A stretch of DNA of 64,000 bases from Eukaryota sp. GEM-RC1 (taxonomy: Eukaryota). The translations under genes were made by a program, and so were the position numbers. The stretch covers positions 992,001 through 1,056,000 of the forward strand of contig JAUFOQ010000004.1 in NCBI GenBank assembly GCA_040285855.1. The letters run 5' to 3'. The notes under the pieces were generated by a model, which was not told the origin of the DNA, made no database searches, and saw only the letters and a program-made list of their open reading frames with translations. How positions within the stretch are numbered: the first letter of the stretch is position 1; every line of letters begins with the position of its first letter. This document shows positions 27,596 through 41,615 of this stretch, in pieces.

Positions 27596-28940
27596 CAGGG
27601 GTGGGAAAACAATATTGCAATAAATATAAATATTTTTTAGCCACAAAATAAATATTGCAATTCTGAAATAGTGCCAATAAATATTGCAATATTGCAACAA
27701 TATGAATCATATTATGTATTTATTACAAAAAACTCACATATTCTATGGTTCATCACAGGCCCTCTCATAAGATAATTTAAAATAATTTGAACATCAAAAA
27801 GTGCCAAAAATAAATGTGAAATAAATATAATTAAAACAAAATAAAACCCAAATAAAAACAAAATATTTTATTAGTACAGTTTCTCTCAGTCACTATCGAT
27901 GATTACACAATCCATTTGATCATCCCTCTCTTTTCGAAAATGGTTAGTTGACTTTCTGCTTCAAGTGCTCTGACTGTGTCGCCACCACCTGTAGATCTTC
28001 AACATTAGTTCAATATTCAGCATCGTCGACGACCATGAGAATCGTTCACTAATCACATGCCCAGATATAGTTGTGGGATTGGCTTAGTACACAGGCAAAG
28101 GCTCGTCTGTGTCGGTTAGGTTCGACATTGAAATTGCAAAGTTTGAGGAAAATGACTTGACTTTGATTCTGGGCTGAGCTTGACTATTTCACACATCAAG
28201 TTTCAAGTTAATCAACAAACTTGAGCATGAAATTAACCGATTTGTTATATAAATCAATGAAGTTTACTTTCCGACATTTTATTTATATTTATTTATATTT
28301 TGTTTTATTTTGTTTTATTTGCATGATCGCCAAAAAGGCTCAAAAATAAATAGAAATAGAAATAAATAGAAATAAATAGAATTAATATTTATTTATGAGG
28401 AGCCCTGGTTCATCATCATCAGAAATATCCGAAATAATCTCAATACCATTTAACAAAGAGGGGTGTAGTATCAGGGCATTTTCTGCCCTTCCAGGCTGTT
28501 TTTCCTTCGGGAGTATTGCTTGGTTGAGGATCTAATTTCGTATGGTAGAAAAGTGCTGTTTCTTTGGGCTTCGTCATTAGAAGTAATTTTGACAATGTAG
28601 AATCAGAAGTGTGAGGGAAAGAATTTACATTGTACTTCTAGTTAACAGTCGAACTGAGCTCAAATGACAGACATTATCACAATACACCAACTAGAAGTCA
28701 TTACCGATAAAGCAACTCTCACTATATTTAAACACATGAGACAACAAAAATGGTTTTGGAAGTCCAAATGGTGATGCAAAACAACGAAATGAACAGCTCG
28801 AAGTATATTGACCAATATTGCAATATTGCAATAATTAACCGGTGTCACAATAAATATTGCTCCACCTCAAAGAGCGGAAATAAATATTGGAGCAATATTT
28901 ATTGCAATATTGGAAGAGCAATATTGTTTTCCCACCCCTG
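27596..28940. mobile_element. hAT-type MITE
   Basis: TIR CAGGGGTGGGAAAACAATATTGC / GCAATATTGTTTTCCCACCCCTG; TSD CTTCAATC/CTTTAATC. Confidence 0.9.
27756..28407. mobile_element. hAT-type MITE nested in the preceding element
   Basis: Imperfect TIR CAGGCCCTCTCATAA / TTATGAGGAGCCCTG; perfect TSD GTTCATCA. Confidence 0.85.
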
Positions 28941-29325
28941 CTTTAATCAACACTGCAAAGATCGCTGTACAATACATGCACTGTTAAATAGTAATACGTG
29001 CTTTCTTGAGTAGCTGTTATAATGAAGTGGCCCTTTGGAAGACTGGTGCAAATGTCAGAAAATGACACAATGATTGATCAGTTAGACATACGTGTAATGA
29101 CTATAGACCGAAACAATTATTCTATATTTAAATACCAAAAACATGTGGACAAAATGGAATGAAAACGAGAGACATTGATGTGGATGTGACTGGGACTGGG
29201 ATAAGCCATCGTCCTCCATTAACAGTCTAGTGTACGATATTTATATAAGTGACCTACTGCAGTAGTAAGAGGTGACGAATATAGATCTGATTGACAAAAT
29301 CTCTCCCTCCTCCCACCTCTTCCAT

Positions 29326-30270
29326 ATGTCTCGTGGAAACACAATCGGTGATCTACTTCACCGTCTCGTCCCTAAGGAAGCGACCAAGCCATCCGTTTGT
29401 TATTTTTATACTATTTATCACAGACTCGCAGCGAACCCTACATTTACCAGCATCTGCCCTATTTCAAGCATATGAAAGATCGTGAGGCACTTTTTCCCCC
29501 AAAGCCCCTTTTCATTGAAACTCAACCTGAGATCCGTGCCGATCATCGTCAAATTCTCATCGATTGGCTCAGTGAGGTAGCCGTTGAATACCGTTTGCCC
29601 GAAAATGCTGTCTATCTCGCCGTCAATTATTGCGATCGATTTCTTTCACAGTCTCATGTTCCCAGAGATAAATTGCAACTCGTTGGAGTCACTGCCCTTT
29701 TCATTGCCAAGTATGCGATCTACTATATCTCATTCTAGCAAATTTGTGACTGCTGATCACCGTGCTGTTACCGACTATTCTTACATCTGTGACAACTCTT
29801 TCACTGTGAACCAGATCATCAAAACTGAATCTGCCATGGTCCGTGCGTTGGGCTTTGTTCTTGCTTCTCCTACCATTTTCCAGTTCCTCATGGAGTATTT
29901 CTCCTTGTCCACTTTGCAATTGACCAAGAAAGCTAAGATTCTTGCCCTTTATTTGTGTGAATTGTCTCTCCAGGACTATACCTGCGTTTCTTGGAAACCA
30001 TCTCAAATCGCATATGCCGCAATCTGCTTATCACGTTTCATTTGTGGTGATTCTGCCTGGAACGCTTCGTTCATTGATGTTGATGGATACGACTACAATA
30101 CAGTTGGGGACTGTATTCGTCGTTTAAAAGAGATTTTCGAAACTGCAAAAACTCACAATTTGAGAGCAGTTCGTGAGAAGTTTTGTACTACTGAGTACCG
30201 CCCTTTCAATGTTGTTACTGGAATCGCAGAGTCTGTTCCTTATTTAAATTGTGATGCACTCCCTTGTTAA
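29326..30270 (+). CDS. A/B-type cyclin, 3 exons
   Basis: RQILIDWLSEV..YLAVNYCDRFLS..KLQLVGVTALFIA cyclin box; removing GT-AG introns 29395-29423 (29 nt) and 29711-29738 (28 nt) restores one frame. Confidence 0.9.
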
Positions 30271-31619
30271 CGGCAAACGTTAATTTCTACTCTCAGGACG
30301 TTATTGGATGACTGTCGTGAGAGTTTTATATTGTAAGTAATAAATCATTTTGTTCAGGTTTTAAGAATGTTGCAAAGGTGATCTATCAAATATCAAAGAG
30401 ATTATTCCTTGACTAACTTATGAATTCACCTACCATTGTCAGTGGCTGTTGCAACAACTATGGGTCAGTATACTTCCGCGGAGTATCTGACCCTAGTTGA
30501 TACCTAGATGGAACCGCTTTTGTTCCGATTGTACAGTAGTTGCAATTTGCAATGAATCTAAACTACACTACTGTTACTCATACATTTTCCTTCTCGTAGT
30601 TGAAATGGCAATCTAGATGATTCACTCTTAATGGGATCCAACGAGGCCAACCGACTCTCATTTATTTGGGTTCATACCTGCTTATCTGTCATTTCAATCT
30701 GCAAAGACGGCTTGGTCTCGCTTTTAGTTTTAATCAAGTATGTTTTACATTCAATTTCCTGAATTAATTTGCTTTGATTTAATTAAGAACAATAAGAACT
30801 GGTAAGAACTTGGCGTACTTGTCGTCACAGCATTCAAAGTACCAATGCTGAATATTATGAAAAATTAGACAAATACATTGTACATGTTTGTTTGCAACAT
30901 TTGAGCAACAGCACCTAATACAGAAAGTGCAAGAGGATAAATTATCCACATCAACTAGAGAGTTGTTTTATAGATTTTTAATTGATATAAGAGTTTATTT
31001 GCAACAATAAATTAATCCAGAAATGCAAATTGTGTAACTTATCTTTGATTTTTCGAAATGATTCTACAATGCGCAAACATTTGTGATGTACTATTATTAA
31101 TCCTTGTTCAAGTCAACAGTATCGAATGTCAAAATCTTTGAGTAATTGTATAAACCTGATGGAACAATATCATCATAATCTGATATATCAAACTGTACAA
31201 ATGAATCCAAAAATAAGGGAATCATCGATTAACTAGAATTCAAACTAACATTTGGTTTTCTTTAACTGTGTCAGACTAGAGATATATATAATGAAGAGCT
31301 GTTTGCTCTTGTTTGATGTACGCGTGATTTGATGTTGGTATCTGGTGTTCACTATTAGGAACAAAACCCACAAGGACTGTTTTATAGAATTGAATCTATA
31401 ATCCCGTCTTATTTCAAAACAAAATTTACGATGACGTCATGTTTGAACGTCGCGATCAGTTGTGTGTGTGCAATACATTCCAGCATTGCAGGGTTCATCA
31501 AAGAACAGTTGTAACATATGTATTAATTATATTATTGCGTCTTCGACTGGGATTATTCCCTAGTGGTTTGCTAGATACTTCAATTTGACTTTGCGATAAC
31601 AGTTCTACAATCACTTTTC

Positions 31620-32322
31620 GTCATGATGTTAGTTGCAAGAAATTGTGGTAATTATCTGTTCTACAGAATGCTGTGCGGCGATGTTACTTATGATATGTTC
31701 AAAACCTGCAATTATAGTTGTAAAATTGAACCTATTCGGAAACTTTATAGTGACAATAACGAAAATGTGTTTGATTCTCGGTGTGGTGAACTAATTGCTC
31801 CTTTCTTGGATTCACCTCAAGTTATGGTTGATTGTAGTACAATCATTGTAGGTTTGCAAAAGTCTGCGATGGCTCCATTTTGAAGGATTGTAATGGTCAT
31901 CTTGATAAGGCTGAATAGCGAAAGTGTCCTTTTTACTTATGCGGATGCTTTGAACAAGCTGCAAAAAACGGGGTTTATGATCAATCAGTGAAATAAATGC
32001 ATTTGCAGAAATTATTAACTAACAGACAATGCGTAATGAAAATTTATATTATAAGTTTTCATTTGTCCCATTTGCGAGTTCATTTTTTGGTTATATTGGT
32101 GCAGCAGGATTAAAATGTTGCAGCGATTATGATCTTTATGTCGTTCTAATTGCAAGGTTTTTTTGGATTAATCCAATTATGTTTGCTCTTAATAAAAGCA
32201 TTCCCAATTTGGGATTGTTGTATAACATTAGGTCAATAATGGCACAGGAAGAAGAAGACCAATGGTTTCATTCTGAACGTTTCCATCAAATGGTGGATTT
32301 ACACGGCCCCTTAATTTATTGA
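31620..32322 (+). mobile_element. Degraded CRE-like RLE retrotransposon C-terminus
   Basis: DSRCGELIAPFLDSPQVMVDCST and FVPFASSFFGYIG parallel DHKRGDLHTPWLKSSQSLMDFAT and FRLFAVSLFGSIS of ORF 7-948. Confidence 0.6.
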
Positions 32323-33459
32323 TGCACATAAATAACTATTTTTTTAATATACTTTTATTTATTATAAATGTGATAGATCAAACAACTAAAATTTGATATC
32401 ATTGAAAAACTCCCGTCGCTATAAAACCTTACAACAGCTTTGTCCTCATAAAGGGAACTCACTGCTAATAGAGCTTTGGAGATGATTAGGGGAATTGTTT
32501 TAAAAACAGTAAAAACGATACGATTCAACCATAACATATGATCAAAACGTTTGTTTATTCTCTTATTTACGATTTTTCCGGAATCGTTTAAAAAATTGAA
32601 TGCACTTTTTCCTAAACGTAAATTAAGATTAATTATTGTATTACTGTTTTTAACTTCCGTTGGTATATTGTGTTTTGAGTACGGTAAAGATTTCACTTAA
32701 ATTTTTTGGTTGACTAGGTTAACTTTTACGTTGTTTCTTTCAATGCACAGATATTTTAATTCAATTTCAGGAAAGTTGTTCGGTAATGGACAGAAGAATC
32801 ATAGTTTAGATACTTTAGATAGTGTCTGTTAGTTATTAATTTCTGCAAATGCAAATGCATGTATTTCTCTGATTGATCACAAACCCCCGTTTTTTATTGT
32901 ATTACTAGTGTATTAACAGGATTAATTGCATTTTTGGAGTCAAAATTCAAAATGAAATTTTCCATTTGAGAACAAATCTGATGCTAAGGCAGCATTTGAA
33001 ACCGCATCAATACTTCGAATTTCACTTTGGATTAGGAACGACCTGAGAATAATCACTAATGTCACAAGTCTGTCAATCCAGAGTTGTAGAAAACCATCTA
33101 CGGGTGTTGGTTCTATGAGCATGCGACTTGTCCATTTTTATTGATAACTATTATTACTGTGACAGTCTAATGACTTTTTTGCTTTGCCAAATTGTTTCGA
33201 TTCGACACCAATTTCCGATTTCGTACTAGTAAAACAGCAACATAATACTTAAACAATGATTTTGTTTAGCCAAAAGGTTTTCCAAATTGTCTTATTGATT
33301 GAATAATAAAGCCATTATACAGTAAAGTTTCAACAAAAATCTAGTCTTGTACAATCACTAATCAACCAGTGGTAGGTGAACAAAAAAACGAATTTATGTG
33401 CGGAGAAGAACACATAATAAGAAAACAACAAATCAATAAACACTATTAAAACAAATTAT

Positions 33460-33700
33460 CAAACGAACTACCTAATTCCGAAAAGTAATTGCCTTCAAAC
33501 AACTGGGACAAATTGGAATCAACATATCTTTACATAGACCTAAAAATCGAAAAAGCAAATTTACTCTTCCAGTACGATCTGTTAAACTTCTTGCCAAATT
33601 CTGAACACAAATTTTCAAATAAATTTAAAAACTCCTTGGTTGAAGAACCGAAATTTCCGTACAATGAAACTGCAAAAGGCTGAAAGACGATATTATTGTG
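33460..33700 (-). mobile_element. CRE-like retrotransposon 3'-end remnant
   Basis: FQPFAVSLYGNFG..FENLC..KKFNRSYWKSKFAFSIFRSM aligns by eye with the C-terminus of ORF 7-948. Confidence 0.7.
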
Positions 33701-34004
33701 TCTTCGTGAACAAATATAAGACACAAACAGTTTTAGATGGGTCCCAAAGGACTGAACAAGTTTAATACATCAGACTCAATTGAAGAGATCGGGATGCAAT
33801 ATACTGGTGGACATGATTAGAAAAGAAAACGACATTATTCAACATCAAATTTGAAGTCTGTTGCAATGAAGAGTTAAGGTGTCCACAAACAGTGAGTACA
33901 CTGTTTCAGCTCTACTGTGCAAAACTTTCATTGAGAGACACCACAATGTAAATTGATGGATTATAGAGGGTAAACACGTTTCTGTTCAGTTTATTTCTTC
34001 TTCC

Positions 34005-37000
34005 ATGACAGAGCTCACTGTTGAGCAGTCTCTATTTGATGTTTCTGCAGATCAGGTAGCCTCTGTTTGCGATATTCCCTATGAGCTTAAAACCATTGAA
34101 CAGTTTGGTGGTGTATCTGGTCTCCTGTCTTCCTTACGCACTGATCCTGTTGAAGGTCTATCCGCTGAAGAGGAATCGTCTGGATTCGAGGAGCGCCGCC
34201 GTCATTTTGGACGCAATGTTCTTCCCGAGCCACCCTTCCGCTCCTTCTGGAGTTTCTTCAAGGAAGCCATGAATGACACTACACTAAAAATTCTTATGGG
34301 TGCTGCTATCGTCTCCTTCATCCTCGGCATCGCCACCGAAGGCCTTGCTGAAGGCTGGATTGAAGGCACTGCTATCCTCATCGCCGTTCTCTTAGTTGGT
34401 GTTGTCACTGCTACTAACGACTACAAAAAACAACTACAATTCCTCTCCCTATCCAAAAAACAACAAGAAAAAAGACATCAAAGTCATTAGAGGTGGTCAT
34501 GTCAAAAACATCCCCATCGAAGACGCCGTTGTAGGAGACCTCGTCAAGTTTGAAATTGGCGACATCCTTGCAACAGACGGTGTCCTCGTCAAAACTCAGG
34601 ACGTGAAGTGCGATGAATCCGCCATGACTGGAGAGTCTGATGAAATCAAGAAGTCTCTAGTCAAAGATCCTTTCCTTATCTCTGGATGTCCTATCACTTC
34701 CGGAGCTGGTCAAATGGTCGTCACTGCCGTTGGTGTTCGATCTCAATCTGGTAAGATGTCCATGGCTATCCAGGAACAACTTGCTGAGAATGAGAAGACT
34801 CCTTTGGAATCTAAGCTCGAATACTTGGCGGTTTTGATTGGTAAAGGTGGTTTGTTCTTCGCTGTGCTTACGATGGTCATACTTATCGTGAGATATTCCA
34901 TGGACTGGCCCTCCGAACATGATATTTTTGAGCATTTGAATGAATTCACTCACGTTTTCATTGTTGGTGTTACCATCATCGTTGTTGCTGTTCCTGAAGG
35001 TCTTCCCCTTGCTGTTACAATCTCCTTAGCCTATTCCATGCGTAAGATGTTGTCTGATAACAATCTTGTTCGTAAGTTAGCTTCCTGTGAGACTATGGGT
35101 GGAGCTACCACTATTTGCTCTGATAAGACTGGTACGCTTACTAGAAACGTCATGACTGTCATGAAGCTCTATACTAACGAAACAATGCTCATTGCTAAGG
35201 ACAATGGTGACTTTGAAGACTTGTCTGCTATTAAGAATCACCCTGAATTGATGAGCTCTTTAGTCGAGAATATTCAATTGAATTCGACTGCTGATTTGAC
35301 TATGGAAGACGGTGTCGTCAGAGTTACTGGAAGTAAAACTGAAGGTGCCTTGATGACGTTTGCACAACAAATTGACAACAACGACTACGCTGTTGTTCGG
35401 AACAACTCTAACATTGTTAAATTCTGGCCTTTTAACTCCGCTGCTAAACGAATGGATACCATTATTAAGAGAACTGATGGCCGCATCGTCTTGTTAACCA
35501 AGGGAGCTTCTGAAATACTCGTAGAACAATGCAAGTCTGTCATTTTGAATAACGAAGTTGTTGAAATCACTCCTACAATGAGATCTTCTATTGAGAGACA
35601 AATCTTAGAAATGGCCAAGAAAGGTCTTCGTACCATTTGCATGGCTGTATCTTACGACTTGGATCAAAACGAAGAAGCTCTTGAAAACCTAGAGTCTGTC
35701 CCTGACTCCACTTTAACTCTTGTGGCTATTTCTGGTATCAAAGATCCTGTTAGACCTGAAGTTCCTAATGCTGTTGCTCAGTGCAAGAAGGCTGGTATTG
35801 TAGTTAGAATGTTAACTGGTGATAACATTGAGACTGCACGGTTTATTGCTAGAGAGTGTGGAATTCTAACTGATGGAGGTAACTCTCTTACTGGTACAGA
35901 GCTAAGAAATCTCACTAATGAAGAGTTTGACCAAAAACTGCCAAACCTACAAGTGGTTGCCCGTTGTTCTCCTGGTGATAAGCTCCGCATTGTCCAACGC
36001 CTTCGCCATTTGGGTGAAGTTGTTGCTGTTACTGGTGATGGTAGTAACGATGCTCCAGCTCTAACAGCTGCTGATGTTGGATTTGCCATGGGTATTGCAG
36101 GTACAGACATTGCTAAAGAAGCTTGCGACATTGTTCTTCTTGATGATAACTTCAGAAGTATTGTTTCTGCCTGCATGTGGGGCCGTAACGTTTACGATTC
36201 AATCAGAAAGTTCCTTCAATTCCAACTGACTGTTAACATTGTTGCTATCGCTGTGGCTGTCCTTGGTGCCACTGCCATGGGTAACTCTCCTCTCCACGCT
36301 GTCCAGTTGTTGTGGGTTAACCTTATCATGGATACCTTCGCTGCCTTGGCTCTAGCTACTGAACAACCAACTGCCGATCTTCTTGATCGAAAGCCTTATG
36401 GTCGTAATGATTCGCTTATTGCTCCAACAATGTGGAGAAACATCCTCGGTATCTCCTTCGTTCAGATTGCAATCCTGTTGTACATTTTCTTTGCTGAATC
36501 TGCTCATGAGATGTTAGATGTCATTGGTCACGATGGTAGAGTGTCCGCCCATTACACTATTATTTTCAATGCCTTCGTCTTTATGCAGTTGTTCAATGAA
36601 GTGAACTCAAGACGTGTTTACAATGAACTCAACGTGTTTTCTGGACTTTTCTCCAATTATATCTTTTTGGCAATTTTGATCTTCACTATCATTGTTCAGT
36701 GGATGATGGTTCAACTTTTAGGAACTTTCTCTGAGTCTGTTCCTTTGAATTTCACTCAATGGATGTACTGCATTGGTATCGGTGCTATTATGCTCCCTGT
36801 TGGCTTCTTTATTCGTCTGGTTAAGTTCCCCACTGTTAGCCATGGTAAGAAGTCTGGACTTGAAGTTTATGAAGATTTTTCAAAACCATTGGTTGAAATT
36901 GGAGATGATTCACCTTCTCTTGCAACTTTGAGATGGCGTAAAGCTTTCCAGAGTGTACGAACTCAAAACACTGTCATTAGACAATGGAAGAATGTTTCTA

Positions 37001-37038
37001 ATGCAAAATCTGTGACTCTTAAGCAAGTTTTATCCTAA
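34005..37038 (+). CDS. PMCA: Plasma-membrane-type (P2B) Ca2+-ATPase
   Basis: DESAMTGES, VPEGLPLAVT, DKTGTLT, KGASE, TGDN, GDGSND, QLLWVNLIMDT; single +1 shift in an A6 run near 34470. Confidence 0.95.
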
Positions 37039-37282
37039 TTTTCCTTTTTATTTCGTAATTATTTTTTTGTAATAAAAACCATTTAGATTGACGTTTAAGA
37101 ACAGACTTTTTCAGCTTGTGGTTTTCACACTTAGTCAGTTAGTGATGAATTCAACTTGTAGCATCAACATTTCCACAAATAATCTTAAATAGTCTTTGGT
37201 GATTGCAAAAATACACATTTTCAGAGTAACTTGTTCAAAGAGGAGTGGAAATCGCAAATTTCTTGACTACAATACTGATCTG

Positions 37283-40200
37283 ATGGACACAATAGACTCC
37301 ATCTCAGAGCAACTTCTTGGTGTTGCCAACCAGTCAGTCTCTGTAGAAAACTTTAAGGGCTCATTCGCTCAAGCAGATCCACATCTTGTCGCTTTTGCTG
37401 CATCTAACTTACTCCTTGTCGAATGTACAAAGTTCTCTGTTATCCTAGAAGCTGTTGACTTTGTTCCTACCACTATTCTCGCATTCTACATCCCTACCTA
37501 CGTTGTCCAAAAAACTCCAAGCCTTCCTTTCAAATCCAACCTCAAACAGGCCAACCTTCAGCTTAAATACCAAGGCTCCAACCTATACATCCCCCATGCC
37601 CAACATCCCATCATTTCCCTCGCCGTTCCATCCCGTTCCCTCTTCCAATCCCCACCCTCTGAGTTCTGTGCCATTCTACATCGCTTCGCTGTCCACCACA
37701 GACTCTCTCCTTTTAGAATAGCTGCTAATCTCCTAGTCCTCATGTCAGCCATCCCTTCCAAGGATCTTGCAGAGTACATCAACTTCTGTCATGGAATCAG
37801 ACAACTTTTTAAGGAGTTTTGCTTTGATTTAAATCACTGGAGGTCAATGATTGACTTTGTTAAGGTCCATAGTGCGGAGTTGAAGCTGAATAGGTCGTTG
37901 ATATTAGCGATGCTATACTCTGGAGATTTTATAACAAAAGAAATTTGTTATGCTTTTTTGAAATCTGAGTTTGAAGCACTAAATGGGCTTAAAATTGAAT
38001 TAACTAAAGAAATTCCAAAGTTTAATCCGGCAAGAGACACGTTTGCAGGACTTCCATTGACTCTCATCAACGTGGACTCGTCATATCCTATTATTGATTT
38101 TGTTATTCATTTAATCACTTTTGATCGAACTGATTTAGTCTCCGACTTTCTGATCCTAATCAATCAAGTGACTGATCCGATGGTCTTCCCCACGTATCGT
38201 AAAATCAAATGTCGTGATTTGAGTCAAATCGGTGATCTCTTCTTAAAAGAAAAAGATGAGAGCAAGATGAAGACTCAATTTGACCAATTTTCTGATATTT
38301 TACTGCAATTAAACTTTTATTTGGGGGCTGAACAATCATCGTCTCTTTTCCGATTGGCAATTGATTGTGTTACTAAGTATATCTGCTTTCCCGCCATTAC
38401 TGATATGAATAAGGTAATCGAGGTTGTTTCTTCAGTTCTTGTTCCCTCATTAACATTTCAAAAATTGAATGACGACACTAATTATTTCTACGTTTTGTGG
38501 TCGAAACTATCTCAATTATCCCAAATTTCAATTTTTCAAAAATCTCTTGATTTATTCATGACTAATCCAACTCTCCTCAAATATTCTGATTGGATTACAA
38601 GTATCCTTAGTAGGTCAGTCAAAAGACTGTCAGCTGAAACTGGACCTGAAGAAACCAAGATCCACAATCTGATTCTAGACGTGTTAAACACTCATCCCAT
38701 TGCCACACTTCCTCTCTTAGTTGAACGTGTAACCACCTCTGATGGTATTATTGAACCTCTGTCGCAACTTTTAAAAACCCGTCCACCATTTAAATTTGTC
38801 ATTGATTTATTCATTTTCGCTTTAGTTCACAAGTTTTCGGTTGCACTTCCTATCGTTACCACTGTTGATGAAAAACAGATTATGAATCATGCTAAGTCCT
38901 TTGATGAAAGCTTTATCTCTCGTTTATCCACTGTTGTTTCCTTACTCTGTAGACGTAATAATGTTGACGTTGGAACTTTGTTTTTCAATGTTATTATTAC
39001 CCGCTTAGTTGGTGGGGAATTTAGAATTCTACGGATTTTTTCTGAAATTCTATCAAAAATGACTGGTGTTGATTCACCGTCTGCCAATCAGATTGATGAT
39101 TGTCAGGTGGATGGTGTATATGCTTTGTCACTAAACAATTTGCAAATTAGAATGTATACTCTTAGGGATTCAAGCCAAACCTTCCCACGTACTGAAACGG
39201 TTGAACAGTTATTAACTGTTCTACAGCCTTTAGCGATTGATTATTTGGTTCTCATTCTGCAATCAATCAGTTCGCTTGCTCCTGGAGGCTCTGTGAGCTC
39301 TAATGTCGATGATTTCTATCAGTTTGATTCATCTTTACTCGAAGAACATCCTGAGGCTTCCACAAATTCTGTTGATTTTGAAATCATCCTAGATGCTACT
39401 ACTGATGTCGCATATCAATTATGGGACTTTATTTCACTGAATCTTCGCGCTTCTTTGACTTTGGATCAGTTTGAGTCACTTGCTGAGCTCTACTCTGATT
39501 GTAAGTTGACTTTTAATCAAGTCGCAATGGTTTACAGAACAGTTGTTGATTCTAGTCTATTTTTAAACAAGAATGTCCCAGAGCTTCCTAAATCATTGGC
39601 TAGCCAAATGGAATCTCTCATTAAATCTCAATCATGGTATGAGCCGCTTTCCAAATTCATTCATGATGATTTCTTTATGATCCTTTTCACGTGTGGTCTG
39701 TCAGATGTTTACTTCTCTCCAACCCCATTTAATTCTCTACGTCACGAACGTGTCATTTCATATGAGGTAGGCAAGGCGAGAGACGAAGCTCATGAGTCTG
39801 AAAAGGAATTTTCAAAGTTTCTGTATGATAGTTATATTGGAACGCACAAGAAGACTTTTGTTTTCGGTGCCAAAGAATTTTGAAGATTACACTCTCTTAG
39901 CAAATCATGTACTGCTGCCAAAGATCGTTATTTCATCTAGTGATTCCGTGTTTGTGGCTAAGTTGTTGGTTAAGTTTGTTTTGCAGAAAATGCCAGCTTT
40001 GTGTTTTCTTCATTTGTTCAACTCATTTTCTCTAATGTTTAGCGATTTTCACGATCTTTCTTTGAACCAAATTCGCCGAGTTGGTTTGTTTTATGATATT
40101 CTTCTAAAGTTTATTGGAGAAACTAATTTAGAGTCTGTTAGACATTCTGATCAAGTTAGGTCGTGGTCAAACAGGCTGACTCTTGATGGTGTACAGCAAT

Positions 40201-40511
40201 TAATTGATGAAATTCACTTGAATATATTTAATGGAATTCATCATTGGTTAAAGTCACCATCATCTTCTAAAAAAGTCTTGGTCTTTTTGAGCCGTGTTTT
40301 TGAACACGTGAGAATGTCACCAACTCAAATTAATGAACTTATTCAACTGATTCAATGTCACTCAGCTGAAGAGGATATTGTGTTGATGAGACAAGTTAAT
40401 CAAGGACTAAAGGTAAGGGATCGTAAGCTCAGGGATCTCCATGAAGAAGCCCGGAAACGGACGTCTACAGGTGAAAGTCCAATGAAGAGAACAAAGGTAG
40501 GTGATCTTTAG
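37283..40511 (+). CDS. THOC2: THO complex subunit 2-like
   Basis: NTHPIATLPLLVERV..DGIIEPL, RLSTVVSLLCRR..EILSKMTGVD and LLPKIVISSSDSVFVAKL resemble Thoc2/Tho2 blocks; +1 shift at GAATTTTGAA near 39880. Confidence 0.7.
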
Positions 40512-40567
40512 GTTTGTTTTTATTATTGCGTAAGACTGATGAGTCTATACTTCTTTATATAAATGTG

Positions 40568-40933
40568 TCATGCTTCTCTGTTTGTTATTGAATTGGCGAA
40601 TATGGATGCGATTTGTCTTGCTTTTGTGAGCTGTTCCATTCCAGTTGTGACATTGTTTACTAACTGAAGAAGATTTTCTGAAGCATTTTGGTCTTCGGAT
40701 TGACGTTGTTGGGTAAGCTCTGATAGTGACTGGAAGAACTCTTGGAACAGTCCTCCTATCTTTTGTCCCAGATCTGAAGTCAGCCAAATGATCATGACAA
40801 TACCTTCATGAATCTCTACCACTCTGTTTCGTAGTGAGTCCATTCTGAGTGTAACCTGTTGTATTTGATCTGTATGTGATGCAGAGTGTTCTACGGTGGT
40901 CGATTCATCGTAGTTTGGCTCTTGTGAAGACAT
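40568..40933 (-). CDS. Small coiled-coil protein with in-frame 30-nt intron
   Basis: Intron 40774-40803 GTATTG...GCTGACTTCAG with branch-point-like CTGAC; heptad-rich product. Confidence 0.6.
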   Translation of the reverse strand: MSSQEPNYDESTTVEHSASHTDQIQQVTLRMDSLRNRVVEIHEGIVMIIWLTSDLGQKIGGLFQEFFQSLSELTQQRQSEDQNASENLLQLVNNVTTGMEQLTKARQIASIFANSITNREA

Positions 40934-41012
40934 GATATCAGCTAGAAAGAAAAAACTGCAGGCAATTATTGCACTACAAAATCCTCTGTCCACCTAAAAT
41001 GGATCGCTTACA

Positions 41013-41486
41013 ATGAACGGCTCTTCAGATTTCCATACTACTGATCAAACACGATCTTTGAGTCCGCCTCTTCCGCTCCTAAGTAATTATTTTTCGACAT
41101 GGCGTCAAGCATTACGTGAAAAACTTAGCATCCTCTTCAGAGCCAGAGAGCGTATAATTCTATCTCGTTTCAGAAAGGTTGGTGTTACTATCTTTGTCCG
41201 ACAACCCTTTCTTCAATGGCTCCTTCTGTCAAAAGCCTCACTTTTCTACCGCTTCTCACTTCTTGATAAGACATTTGTATGCTATGTTAACTATGCCAAA
41301 GCACGCAGTCATGCTCGATCTCTGTACATTCACCACATGAAATCGAATGCAGTTTCTGTTCTTGAAAAGTGTTATGAACAGACAATGAATAACGAAGAAC
41401 TCTCCCGTGCGCACGAATTCAAACAAGCTGAAATATCTGCAATCAAAGTGTTTTATCGTTGGAAAAAACTGGTTTATGTATCTTGA
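41013..41486 (+). CDS. Hypothetical protein, possible Sfi1-like repeats
   Basis: Periodic F-x-x-W motifs (FSTW, FLQW, FYRW) in a basic helical sequence. Confidence 0.45.
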   Translation: MNGSSDFHTTDQTRSLSPPLPLLSNYFSTWRQALREKLSILFRARERIILSRFRKVGVTIFVRQPFLQWLLLSKASLFYRFSLLDKTFVCYVNYAKARSHARSLYIHHMKSNAVSVLEKCYEQTMNNEELSRAHEFKQAEISAIKVFYRWKKLVYVS

Positions 41487-41615
41487 ATCAATATGTATCT
41501 ATATGAGATCATGAAAATGTGAAGGGTTATGCCCTTATGCATTTGGAATGAAATTCACAGTGGTTTATGTATAAACAACTCACTTAAACAATACAAAACA
41601 ATAAATAAATATACA

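Noticed and set aside
34657..36176. Antisense ORFs over PMCA (also over katanin and TrxR)
   Set aside because: Shadow ORFs of well-conserved genes with no motifs of their own.
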